This document shows positions 1 through 8,253 of a DNA stretch of 32,000 bases, one piece after another; positions within the stretch are counted from its first letter, which is position 1; each line of letters opens with the position of its first letter. The notes below the pieces were generated by a model, which worked only from the letters and a program-made list of their open reading frames with translations, did no database searches and had not been told where the DNA came from. The translations under genes and the position numbers were made by a program. The stretch is from Copranaerobaculum intestinale (lineage in GTDB: Bacteria; Bacillota_I; Bacilli_A; Erysipelotrichales; Erysipelotrichaceae), in NCBI RefSeq assembly GCF_009831105.1, contig NZ_WUUQ01000005.1:30001-62000 (forward strand). Reading direction: 5' to 3'.

Positions 1-85
1 TATGGAAAACAATTATGCATGGCATGGCAGCGCACCGAGTGAAGAACAGTGTGCGCAGGCACTGAAAGAATTGGATGGTGAGTAG
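1..85 (+). CDS. transketolase N-terminal subunit, 3' end (partial, runs off the window start)
   Basis: Frame 2 reads ...ENNYAWHGSAPSEEQCAQALKELDGE with a TAG stop at 83-85. It directly abuts the C-terminal-subunit gene, giving the split transketolase layout typical of Bacillota. Confidence 0.55.
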   Translation, partial: MENNYAWHGSAPSEEQCAQALKELDGE

Positions 86-86
86 A

Positions 87-1016
87 ATGGGAAAAATAGC
101 AACCAGAGAAGCCTATGGAAAGGCACTTGCGAAATTAGTTCTGGAGGATGAAAACGTCATTGTCCTGGATGCCGATTTAACGAAATCCACCAAGACGATC
201 GATGCGAAGAACGCATGTCCTAAACGTCATTTCAATATGGGTATTGCCGAAGGAAATATGATGGCGGTAGCAGCCGGCATGGCAGCGAGCGGTCATGTGG
301 TGTACGCATCCAGTTTTGCGATGTTCGCGGCCGGACGGGCATTTGAACAAATACGCAATTCTATCTGCTATCCGAAATTGAATGTCAAAGTGTGCGCAAC
401 ACATGCCGGTTTGACAGTTGGTGAAGATGGTGCGAGCCATCAGGCAATCGAAGATCTGGCAATCATGCGGGCAATTCCGAATATGACGGTCATTCAGCCT
501 TGTGACGGTGCGGAAACCGAAGCGGTAATCCGCGCTGTTCATGAGTATAACGGCCCTTGTTATGTGCGTTTGGGACGCAGTGCCGTCGAAGATGTTTATG
601 AATACGGTTTTGATTATCAGATTGGAAAAGGTAATGTCCTGCATGAAGGAAGCAAAGCGGTTATCTTTGCGACCGGCTGTATGGTACAGGCTGCTTTACA
701 GGCTCAAGCGCTTCTGAAAGAAAAAGGAATTGATCCGACGATTGTAGATATTCACACGATTAAGCCGATTGATGAAGCCTTGATCGTGGAAATGGCTAAA
801 AAACATGATGCGATCATTACTTGTGAAGAACATAATGTTATCGGTGGATTGGGCAGCGCTGTAAGTGAAGTACTGGTAAGACATGAACCAAAGAAAGTAA
901 CGATGGTAGGGGTTCAGGATACATTTGGAGAATCCGGCACTCCAGCCGCATTGTTGAAGAAGTATGGTTTGACTGCAGAGGATATAGCTGCAGCAGTAAT
1001 CAGCAGTTTGGCATAA
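87..1016 (+). CDS. transketolase C-terminal (pyrimidine-binding plus C-terminal domain) subunit
   Basis: ORF 75..1016. MGKIATREAYGKAL...FNMGIAEGNMM...GEDGASHQAIEDLA is the classic transketolase/DXS pyrimidine-binding region. ATG 87 is preferred over ATG 75 because GGTGA at 77-81 is a usable RBS and the protein then starts MGKIATRE. Confidence 0.9.
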   Translation: MGKIATREAYGKALAKLVLEDENVIVLDADLTKSTKTIDAKNACPKRHFNMGIAEGNMMAVAAGMAASGHVVYASSFAMFAAGRAFEQIRNSICYPKLNVKVCATHAGLTVGEDGASHQAIEDLAIMRAIPNMTVIQPCDGAETEAVIRAVHEYNGPCYVRLGRSAVEDVYEYGFDYQIGKGNVLHEGSKAVIFATGCMVQAALQAQALLKEKGIDPTIVDIHTIKPIDEALIVEMAKKHDAIITCEEHNVIGGLGSAVSEVLVRHEPKKVTMVGVQDTFGESGTPAALLKKYGLTAEDIAAAVISSLA

Positions 1017-1039
1017 TTTTTAAATGAGATAAAAAGCTT

Positions 1040-1070
1040 GAGGAGAAGGATAAAACGTTCTCCTCTTTTT
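1040..1070 (+). terminator. Rho-independent terminator after the transketolase genes
   Basis: GAGGAGAA (1040-1047), a 10-nt loop, TTCTCCTC (1058-1065), then TTTTT. Confidence 0.8.
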
Positions 1071-1287
1071 ATATGATGAGAATGAATTTTACAATTATCT
1101 AATCTATGAATGATTTATAAAAAAACTTCGGCCTTCCCTGGTTAGAAGTGATCAAATTTGCTTTACTCATCGCAATATCAATTTCATGGTATAATTCTGC
1201 TTTTTTTAAGGAAATTCAAAGCTATTCCAAATTGTAATTTTATGGGATATCGCATATAATCATTACATATATACAGGAGGAATGGAT

Positions 1288-1557
1288 ATGAGAGCAGTCA
1301 TCAGTGTGATTGGAAAAGATATGACCGGAATTTTGGCAAAGGTAAGTACGGAATGTGCGAATGCGAATGCCAATGTAATAGAGGTATCCCAGACTATTTT
1401 GCAGGAAATGTTTGCAATGGTAATGCTGGTCGATATTGATAAGTTGAATCAGGAACTAACGGATTTTGCGGATCACATGGAGCGGACAGGCAAGGCAATG
1501 GGTATGGTCATTCATGTCATGCATGAAGATATTTTCCAGGCCATGCATCGTATTTAG
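1288..1557 (+). CDS. ACT domain protein, UPF0237 family
   Basis: [20 protein letters not shown]... is a small ACT fold. GGAGG at 1276-1280 is 7 nt from ATG 1288, whereas the track start at 1282 is only 1 nt from the RBS. The gene is paired with a UPF0210 gene, as in many Firmicutes. Confidence 0.85.
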   Translation: MRAVISVIGKDMTGILAKVSTECANANANVIEVSQTILQEMFAMVMLVDIDKLNQELTDFADHMERTGKAMGMVIHVMHEDIFQAMHRI

Positions 1558-1568
1558 GAGCATTTATC

Positions 1569-2927
1569 ATGATGAATGTAAATGAGATTTTAGAAACTAT
1601 CCGGATGATCGATGAAGACTATCTGGATGTGCGTACAATAACGATGGGGATATCTCTGCTTGACTGCTGTGACAGCGATATCGATACATCCTGTGAGAAA
1701 ATATATCACAAGATAACGACCAAGGCGAAAGACCTGGTAAAGGTTGGAGAAAGTATTGAAAAAGAATATGGGATTCCGATTATCAATAAACGAATCTCTG
1801 TAACCCCGATTGCGATGCTGGTTGCGGCGAGCGGCGGTGATCCGCTGAAATATGCACATACGCTGGAACGCTGCGCAAAGACCGTTGGAGTTAACTTTAT
1901 CGGTGGTTTTACGGCGCTGGTTCAGAAGGGATTTTCAGCAGGTGATCGGGAATTGATCGCCGCAATCCCGCAGGCTCTGGCGCAGACGGAGCATGTCTGT
2001 GCGTCGGTCAATATCGGTTCTACAAAGGCAGGCATCAATATGGACGCGGTGAAGATGCTTGGCATAACGATGCTTACATGTGCGGAAATTACCGCGGATC
2101 GCGATTGCATCGGTGCCGCAAAGCTTGTGGTTTTCTGTAATGCGCCTGAAGATAATCCATTTATGGCCGGAGCATTCCATGGAGTAGGAGAAGCGGACTG
2201 TGTCATCAATGTCGGTGTTTCAGGCCCCGGAGTTGTACGGGCCGCTTTGGCGAAAGCAGATAAAACACTTCCAATGCATGAGATAGCGGAAATCATAAAG
2301 CGGACAGCCTTTAAAATTACCCGTATGGGTCAGCTGGTAGGAAGCGTCGCAAGTGAGCGGCTGAATGTGCCGTTTGGAATTGTTGATTTATCTCTGGCGC
2401 CAACGCCGGCCATCGGGGATTCGGTTGCCTATATCCTCGAAGAGATGGGCTTGGAAAACTGCGGCGGATATGGAACGACAGCATGTCTGGCGATGTTGAA
2501 CGATGCAGTAAAAAAAGGCGGGGTTATGGCTTCTAACCGGGTTGGCGGTTTATCCGGGGCATTTATTCCGGTTAGTGAAGATGCAGGTATGATCGAAGCG
2601 GCTCGTTCTGGACATTTGACTTTAACGAAGCTGGAAGCGATGACAGCGGTATGTTCGGTTGGCCTTGACATGGTAGTATTGCCTGGTGACACATCCGCGG
2701 AAACCCTGTCCGGAATTATTGCGGACGAGGCGGCGATCGGTATGGTCAACAGCAAAACTACGGCTGTGCGGGCAATTGTGGCAATCGGGAAAAAAGCCGG
2801 AGAGGAATTGAATTTTGGAGGCTTGCTGGGAAGCGGGCCGATCATGGATATTTCACAAAGTTCTTGTAAGGTCATGATCGATCGGGGAGGTCAGATTCCA
2901 GCGCCGCTGCAGAGCTTGAAAAATTAA
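1569..2927 (+). CDS. UPF0210 / DUF711 (PFL4-like) family protein
   Basis: 452 aa. The N-terminus [27 protein letters not shown] and the C-terminus [13 protein letters not shown] are characteristic of UPF0210. It lies 11 nt downstream of the ACT gene. Confidence 0.85.
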   Translation: MMNVNEILETIRMIDEDYLDVRTITMGISLLDCCDSDIDTSCEKIYHKITTKAKDLVKVGESIEKEYGIPIINKRISVTPIAMLVAASGGDPLKYAHTLERCAKTVGVNFIGGFTALVQKGFSAGDRELIAAIPQALAQTEHVCASVNIGSTKAGINMDAVKMLGITMLTCAEITADRDCIGAAKLVVFCNAPEDNPFMAGAFHGVGEADCVINVGVSGPGVVRAALAKADKTLPMHEIAEIIKRTAFKITRMGQLVGSVASERLNVPFGIVDLSLAPTPAIGDSVAYILEEMGLENCGGYGTTACLAMLNDAVKKGGVMASNRVGGLSGAFIPVSEDAGMIEAARSGHLTLTKLEAMTAVCSVGLDMVVLPGDTSAETLSGIIADEAAIGMVNSKTTAVRAIVAIGKKAGEELNFGGLLGSGPIMDISQSSCKVMIDRGGQIPAPLQSLKN

Positions 2928-3018
2928 CTGATAAATCATCATCGGTTTTTAGGGATATCGTGCGTATAAAAAATTTTGTGATAGAATAGAAAGTAGGAAT
3001 TTAAGTGAGGAAACAGAT

Positions 3019-3735
3019 ATGCTGGAATTAAAAAATATACAGTTTGCAGTTCATGAAAGCAATGACTCCAAAGAGATCATTCGTCATATCGATATCACAG
3101 TTCCGGATCGCAGCTTTACCGTGATCACGGGACCCAACGGCGGCGGGAAATCCACCCTGGCAAAACTGGTCATGGGCTTAGAAAAGCCAACCGGCGGACA
3201 GATTTTGTTCGATGGCGAAGATATTACGAATGTGAGTATAAGCGAGCGGGCAAAACGCAAGATTGGTTATGCCTTTCAGCAGCCGCCGCGTTTCAAGGGA
3301 CTGACGATCCGAAAACTGCTTTCCCTGGCGCATGGCAGTGAATTATCCGAGTGTATGAGCTGCCAATATTTAAGTGATGTTGGATTATGTGCACATGACT
3401 ATTTAGATCGTGAGATGGATGCTTCCTTATCGGGAGGGGAAGTAAAACGAATTGAAATCGCCACGCTGCTGGCACGGGATTTGAAACTCGCAATCTTCGA
3501 CGAACCAGAGGCCGGAATCGACCTGTGGAGTTTTGCGAAGCTGGTTGATACCTTTCAAAATCTGCGCAAATATAACATGAGTATCCTTTTGATATCGCAT
3601 CAGGAGCGAATCATGCAGATGGCTGATGAGATTATCGTTGTTGAGCAGGGCATGGTAACCAAACAGGGCAGCCGGGAAGAAATTCTGCCGCAGCTGCTTC
3701 ATGAATTTGATACCATCTGCGACAAGTGTTTATAG
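3019..3735 (+). CDS. SufC-like ABC ATPase (Fe-S cluster assembly type)
   Basis: Walker A GPNGGGKST, signature LSGGEVKR, and SufC-style Walker B AIFDEPEAGID. It is followed by a SufB/D-family gene. Confidence 0.85.
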   Translation: MLELKNIQFAVHESNDSKEIIRHIDITVPDRSFTVITGPNGGGKSTLAKLVMGLEKPTGGQILFDGEDITNVSISERAKRKIGYAFQQPPRFKGLTIRKLLSLAHGSELSECMSCQYLSDVGLCAHDYLDREMDASLSGGEVKRIEIATLLARDLKLAIFDEPEAGIDLWSFAKLVDTFQNLRKYNMSILLISHQERIMQMADEIIVVEQGMVTKQGSREEILPQLLHEFDTICDKCL

Positions 3736-3744
3736 AGGTGAATA

Positions 3745-4665
3745 ATGGAACAGACAGATAAGAATCTATTAAAGACGATAGCAGGTATCAGCGGCTTCCA
3801 GGTAGGACGTGCTTTTAACCTTCGTAAGGATGGACAAGGCGTGGAGCGTCATTCCACACCGAATGTGAAAATCAATCCGAAAACAGATAAGCCGGGAATT
3901 GATATTATCGTGGCAGCGCATGCGCAAAAGGAAAGCGTACATATTCCGGTAATTTTGACCCAAAGCGGCATCAAGGATATGGTCTACAATGATTTTTATA
4001 TTGGAGAGGGGGCTGATGTAGAGATCATCGCCGGCTGCGGTATTCATAACGATGGATGTGATGCCTCTCAGCACGATGGGATTCACACCTTTTACATCGG
4101 CAAAAATGCCCATGTGACTTATATTGAAAAGCATTACGGTGAAGGAGACGGAAACGGAGCGCGTATTTTGAATCCGACAACCGTCGTCCATATGGAAAAA
4201 AATTCGACCTGTGAAATGATGATGTCCCAGATCAAAGGTGTTGACAGTACCATACGTAAAACCCAGATGGATTTAGCGGCTGGGGCAAAGATGGTCATTC
4301 ATGAAAAACTGATGACGCATGGAAAACAGGAAGCGCATTCTGATGTGGAGGTAGAGTTAAATGGGAAAGGTGCATCACTGCAGATTATTTCCCGCTCCGT
4401 TGCTAAGGATGAGAGCCGTCAGGTATTTCATCCAAAAGCGATTGGAAACAATGACTGCAGGGCCCACGTGCAGTGTGATTCCATTATTATGGATCAGGCG
4501 AGAGTCAGTTCCATTCCGGAGATTTCTGCGAATCACGTGGATGCGGAAATCATTCATGAGGCAGCGATCGGAAAGATCAATAGCGATCAGCTGATCAAGC
4601 TTCAAACTTTTGGTTTAAGTGAATCAGAAGCAGAAGCAGTTATTATTGACGGATTCTTGAAATAA
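3745..4665 (+). CDS. SufB/SufD-family (UPF0051) protein, short form
   Basis: 306 aa with beta-helix-type repeats and the C-terminal motif AAIGKINSDQLIKLQTFGLSESEAEAVIIDGF, typical of SufB/SufD. The gene is positioned for translational coupling to the ATPase gene. Confidence 0.8.
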   Translation: MEQTDKNLLKTIAGISGFQVGRAFNLRKDGQGVERHSTPNVKINPKTDKPGIDIIVAAHAQKESVHIPVILTQSGIKDMVYNDFYIGEGADVEIIAGCGIHNDGCDASQHDGIHTFYIGKNAHVTYIEKHYGEGDGNGARILNPTTVVHMEKNSTCEMMMSQIKGVDSTIRKTQMDLAAGAKMVIHEKLMTHGKQEAHSDVEVELNGKGASLQIISRSVAKDESRQVFHPKAIGNNDCRAHVQCDSIIMDQARVSSIPEISANHVDAEIIHEAAIGKINSDQLIKLQTFGLSESEAEAVIIDGFLK

Positions 4666-4695
4666 GCAACGATATGTCTGAAAGGGGGCCGCAAA

Positions 4696-5883
4696 ATGGA
4701 AAAAGGAGTTATGCAAGTTACTCTTTTTCAGAATTTTACAATGTCTTACCAAGGAGAAAATATCAAAATTAACGAAGCTGCAACGAAGCAGCTTACAATA
4801 CTTTTGGAAATCCTTTTTTTGAATCTAAATCAGCCGGTTCCTCGTGATAAATTGATTAATTATTTGTGGCAGGACAGTGACAATCCGTCCAATGTACTGA
4901 AATTTTCAATCTTCCGTCTTCGTAAGATGCTGAGCGGAATTGAGAGCCTTAAAGATGTTGAATTTGTCCAAACGACGAAACAGGGCTATTTGCTGAACCA
5001 AAATATTCCAATTAAAACTGATGTCCAAACGGTTGACGAATTATGGAAACAGATAAATAATAAGGATGCGAGACAGGAAACGATTATACAATGTGCCCAA
5101 CAGATTGTCGATGTATACAAAGGACGTCTGTATGTCGATGCTCCGGATCAGCTTTGGCTGCAGGAGCTTCAAAATGAGTATCACAACATTTTTCAGTCCT
5201 GTATCAGTAAAATCAGTGAATACTATCTGCATATGCAAGATTATCATAAAGTGATTTCGGTTATGCAGAAGGCTATTGCAATCGATCCCTATTTTGAAGA
5301 CGCATACTATTATTATATCCAGGCGCTTATAGAAACCAATCGATATAAAGAGGCACTTGATCTGTATAAAAATGTTCAGGACCAATTTTATCAGTCGGTT
5401 GGCCAGCCATTATCCTTGAAAATGAAATCTCTTTATAAAATCATTATTGCCAATGATGAACAGGAAGAAATCAATCTCAAAACGTTAAAAACACAATTGG
5501 AGAGTGATATTGATCGCAGCGGGGCATTTTATTGTGATTATGAATTTTTTAAACATATCTATCAAGTCGAGTTGAGAAACATAAAACGTAAATGCCGCGA
5601 ACAGTATCTGGTCGTGTTTGAAATCAGCACCGATTTGGATGATGAACCGCTGCGCGCCATCATGACCAAGCTGACAAAAATCATTCAGAATTCACTTCGA
5701 ATGGGAGATGTGTATTCACGTATCAACAAGACTCAGATTGTATTGCTTCTGCCGTGTGAAACCATTGATAACGGCTATGCGGTCATACAGCGAATTACCC
5801 AGCAATTCTACCGTAAAGTGACTAGAAAACAAGCGAAACTGCACTATCATATCGAAGCGGTCACGACATCTGATTCAAAGTAA
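4696..5883 (+). CDS. transcriptional regulator: winged-helix (OmpR/SARP type) plus BTAD/TPR-like plus degenerate GGDEF-like C-terminal domain
   Basis: The RBS AAAGGGGG precedes the ATG. The N-terminal wHTH shows PVPRDKLINYLW...SIFRLRKML. The helical BTAD-like middle shows YYYYIQALIETNRYKEALDLY. The C-terminal region (residues ~272-375) follows the GGDEF fold pattern, but NKTQI replaces GGDEF. Confidence 0.75.
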   Translation: MEKGVMQVTLFQNFTMSYQGENIKINEAATKQLTILLEILFLNLNQPVPRDKLINYLWQDSDNPSNVLKFSIFRLRKMLSGIESLKDVEFVQTTKQGYLLNQNIPIKTDVQTVDELWKQINNKDARQETIIQCAQQIVDVYKGRLYVDAPDQLWLQELQNEYHNIFQSCISKISEYYLHMQDYHKVISVMQKAIAIDPYFEDAYYYYIQALIETNRYKEALDLYKNVQDQFYQSVGQPLSLKMKSLYKIIIANDEQEEINLKTLKTQLESDIDRSGAFYCDYEFFKHIYQVELRNIKRKCREQYLVVFEISTDLDDEPLRAIMTKLTKIIQNSLRMGDVYSRINKTQIVLLLPCETIDNGYAVIQRITQQFYRKVTRKQAKLHYHIEAVTTSDSK

Positions 5884-5924
5884 TCCAATCTGAGGGAACG
5901 GATAGTAATGAAGGTGATAAAGTA

Positions 5925-6290
5925 ATGTCTCAAACCATTTTTATGCGCAGAAAGATAGCGGGCTCCGGACAGATTTCTACTGACAAGATCGATCTTTTTT
6001 GTCATCAGATCGACCAAAATGATGATGGAACCTATCTGGTTCATTGGGGTTATGAAAATCATGGTTCACGAACATTGACATATGCGTCTAAAGACTGTCA
6101 TTTGATTGTCCATAAGGGAGGCGCAATCGTATTCCCCGGCAGTGTGCCTAATGTATTTCTGCCCGGCCGCCACTATGATTGTTTTTCAACCATTGTTACT
6201 CGAGAAACAATCTTTACTTGGAAGGTAAAAAAGATTTGTGTCGAGTTCCGTCTTGAACAGTATTTGAATGAGAAAAATCCCCTGTATTAA
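5925..6290 (+). CDS. hypothetical protein (121 aa, no recognisable family)
   Basis: GAAGGTGA RBS lies 7 nt upstream of the ATG. It is co-directional with the regulator gene and 41 nt downstream of it. There is no signal peptide and I recognise no motifs. Confidence 0.5.
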   Translation: MSQTIFMRRKIAGSGQISTDKIDLFCHQIDQNDDGTYLVHWGYENHGSRTLTYASKDCHLIVHKGGAIVFPGSVPNVFLPGRHYDCFSTIVTRETIFTWKVKKICVEFRLEQYLNEKNPLY

Positions 6291-6316
6291 GATTTATGAA
6301 CCGATTAAAAATATGC

Positions 6317-6345
6317 TTGCGTAAGCCGAATAGGTATGCTATTAT
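6317..6345 (+). promoter_or_regulatory. sigma-A type promoter of tRNA-Glu
   Basis: TTGCGT (6317-6322), a 17-nt spacer ending in TGC, then TATTAT (6340-6345). The -10 is 12 nt upstream of the mature tRNA 5' end. Confidence 0.6.
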
Positions 6346-6357
6346 TATAAAGCATTC

Positions 6358-6433
6358 GGCGCGTTGGAGAAACGGTTAACTCACATGCCTTTCACGCATG
6401 CATTCACGGGTTCAAATCCCGTACGCGTCACCA
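6358..6433 (+). tRNA. trnE: tRNA-Glu (anticodon UUC)
   Basis: Hand-folded cloverleaf. Acceptor GGCGCGT/ACGCGTC, anticodon stem CATGC/GCATG with loop CTTTCAC, T-arm ACGGG-TTCAAAT-CCCGT, and an encoded CCA. Confidence 0.9.
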
Positions 6434-6441
6434 TTTTACTT

Positions 6442-6473
6442 AAAAAAGCCTATTGTATAAATAGGCTTTTTTT
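6442..6473 (+). terminator. Rho-independent terminator after tRNA-Glu
   Basis: An A-run, AGCCTATT (6447-6454), loop GTATA, AATAGGCT (6460-6467), then TTTTTT. Confidence 0.85.
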
Positions 6474-6794
6474 GTTATGAAAACGTAATTGTGTTGGGAA
6501 AGAATAATCTATACCGATTGTGATAAAACCAGAATCAAAAAGATACAGAAAAAAAGCAGTATTCATTTCTGTTTGGTAATAAACAAAAGTAAAATCCTTG
6601 ATCTTCTATTATATGAATAACGTTTATCAATTCGCTGGTTTGCTAATATTCATTTGGACTGTGTTATAATGAAGAAAAGTATATGTTTGATACTGAAAAG
6701 TATTCTGCGATACTGCACTACATGAAAGCATTTTATGAGATAGACATAGCATGTTTAACATCAGATAATTAATTGTATATAGGAGGCGCAAACA

Positions 6795-7208
6795 ATGAAT
6801 AATTGTGTTATGGATCAAGCCGAAATAAAAGAACTGCTGGGAGAAACTCTATATGAAGTTTGGAAAGAACTTTGTACACGTATTGAAGCCAAGTATGATA
6901 TGGATAAGCAGTGGGGCCGCGGCGGGAAAAAATGGCGGTATGAATATAAATATCGCCGTGGCGGCAAGACACTTTGTTCACTGTGCATCAATCCAGATTG
7001 TCTTGGATTACTGATCGTTTTGGGCAAAAAGGAACGTGATACTTTTGAAGCAGAACAATTTGCGTATACCGCGGAAACAAGGGCATGTTATGAACAGACA
7101 GAAACTTATCATGACGGAAAATGGTTGATGCTGCTGCCTCATGATTCCTCACAATATGCGGATATTGATAAGCTGCTGAGAATTAAGCGGCGTCCAAATC
7201 GGAAATAA
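6795..7208 (+). CDS. DUF3788 family protein
   Basis: 137 aa. WGRGGKKWRYEYKYRRGGKTLCSL...GKWLML fits my recollection of DUF3788. A GGAGG RBS precedes the ATG. Confidence 0.7.
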   Translation: MNNCVMDQAEIKELLGETLYEVWKELCTRIEAKYDMDKQWGRGGKKWRYEYKYRRGGKTLCSLCINPDCLGLLIVLGKKERDTFEAEQFAYTAETRACYEQTETYHDGKWLMLLPHDSSQYADIDKLLRIKRRPNRK

Positions 7209-7259
7209 ATATCGATTGACGCATGTTTCCTTTATAAATAAAAATAGGAAGGGATTATC

Positions 7260-7477
7260 ATGAATGAGTTTTTTGTTCAGTTGATGCCGATGATTTTGAT
7301 TCTTATTACCTACGGTATTTTAGAGTATATTTGTTATCGTATAGCTGTATATCAGCTGGACATGCGAGAGATATTGGGTTATTTTGACCGTACGACATGG
7401 TTAGTGTTGATTTTAGTTACAAATTAATTGGTTTACTGATATTTTTTGTAATGGAGAGTCAGCCGCCGCGGATTTAA
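7260..7477 (+). pseudogene. small PLDc_N/YxlE-like membrane protein, apparently split by a 1-nt frameshift (or a 55-aa truncated form, 7260..7427)
   Basis: An AGGAAGGG RBS precedes ATG 7260. Frame A gives MNEFFVQLMPMILILITYGILEYICYRIAVYQLDMREILGYFDRTTWLVLILVTN, stopping at 7425-7427. The next frame continues KLIGLLIFFVMESQPPRI, stopping at 7475-7477. One extra A in the AAA run at 7421-7423 would join them into one W..lvIl...iG.l.f protein. Confidence 0.4.
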
Positions 7478-7596
7478 AATTGATAAAAAATACTTACTTG
7501 ATGAACGTTCATATTTATACAGCACAGAGCATCATGTAAGGGATATGATCATGCAGTATAAGAAGTACAAAGATACTTGAAAGGATCGGATGCGAT

Positions 7597-8202
7597 ATGA
7601 AAAAAATCTTAGTAGTAATCGGTGGCGGCCGGCCTCATGGGAATACAGCTAGGCTGACAGATGCATTTATTAATGGGGCAATAGATGCAGGGGCCGAGGT
7701 AGAATCATTATCATTGGTAAAAATGGAAGTTAAGGGTTGCTTAGGATGCAATGCTTGCCGCCATGGAAGATCTTGTGTGCAGCGTGATGATTTTCCGGAA
7801 ATGATACCGAAAATCAAAGCCGCGGATATGATTGTTTTTGCTTCACCGCTTTATTTCTGGACTTTTTCATCCCGACTAAAGGCTTTTATTGAACGCTTTT
7901 ACTGCATTGCGGAAGCTGATGAGAATCCCCCGCTTGGTCGATATGAGCGTTACCCAGCTAAGGACTGTGCTTTATTGATGACAGCCGCGGATAATTTTTT
8001 CTGGACTTTTGAACAGGCGGTATCCTATTATCAGTTTGCGATTGTAAACTATATTGGGTTTCATGACCGGGGTATGCTTTTGGCAGGCGGCTGCGGCAGC
8101 GCGGAAGGAAAACCGCGCATTGATGAAACCCCTTATCTGAAACAGGCTTATGCGTTTGGAATGCAAATCTGTTCCGATGAAAAGTCATGTATTAGTTTAT
8201 AG
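7597..8202 (+). CDS. flavodoxin-like fold NAD(P)H-dependent FMN reductase / iron-sulfur flavoprotein-like protein
   Basis: MKKILVVIGGGRPHGNT...CLGCNACRHGRSC...MIVFASPLYFW is typical of the Isf/NADPH-dependent FMN reductase family. Confidence 0.8.
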   Translation: MKKILVVIGGGRPHGNTARLTDAFINGAIDAGAEVESLSLVKMEVKGCLGCNACRHGRSCVQRDDFPEMIPKIKAADMIVFASPLYFWTFSSRLKAFIERFYCIAEADENPPLGRYERYPAKDCALLMTAADNFFWTFEQAVSYYQFAIVNYIGFHDRGMLLAGGCGSAEGKPRIDETPYLKQAYAFGMQICSDEKSCISL

Positions 8203-8227
8203 CTTTTGAAATAGAAGCACGGATATG

Positions 8228-8253
8228 AAAAAGTCTCCGAAAGGAGACTTTTT
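8228..8253. terminator. bidirectional Rho-independent terminator between convergent genes
   Basis: AAAAAGTCTCC, loop GAAA, GGAGACTTTTT. This is a perfect 11-bp stem flanked by an A-run and a T-run. Confidence 0.85.

Noticed and set aside
6325-6360. A hairpin (GCCGA…ATGCT/AGCAT…TCGGC) after the orphan ORF that looked like a terminator.
   Set aside because: It has no T-run. Its right arm runs into the first bases of tRNA-Glu, and it coincides with the tRNA promoter spacer and -10 box. It is more likely coincidental.
6683-6772. A 29-codon ORF (MFDTEKYSAILHYMKAFYEIDIACLTSDN) in the long leader upstream of the DUF3788 gene, downstream of an extended -10 element (TGTTATAAT, 6662-6670).
   Set aside because: It has a weak RBS and no recognisable motif, and it is too short to support without conservation or expression data. 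It may be a leader peptide or just noise.
7501-7512. A perfect 12-bp palindrome ATGAACGTTCAT upstream of the flavodoxin-like gene. It contains GAAC/GTTC half-sites reminiscent of a LexA box.
   Set aside because: The half-sites have no 4-nt spacer, so it is not a Cheo box. It is a short palindrome in AT-rich intergenic DNA, and I have no supporting promoter context.
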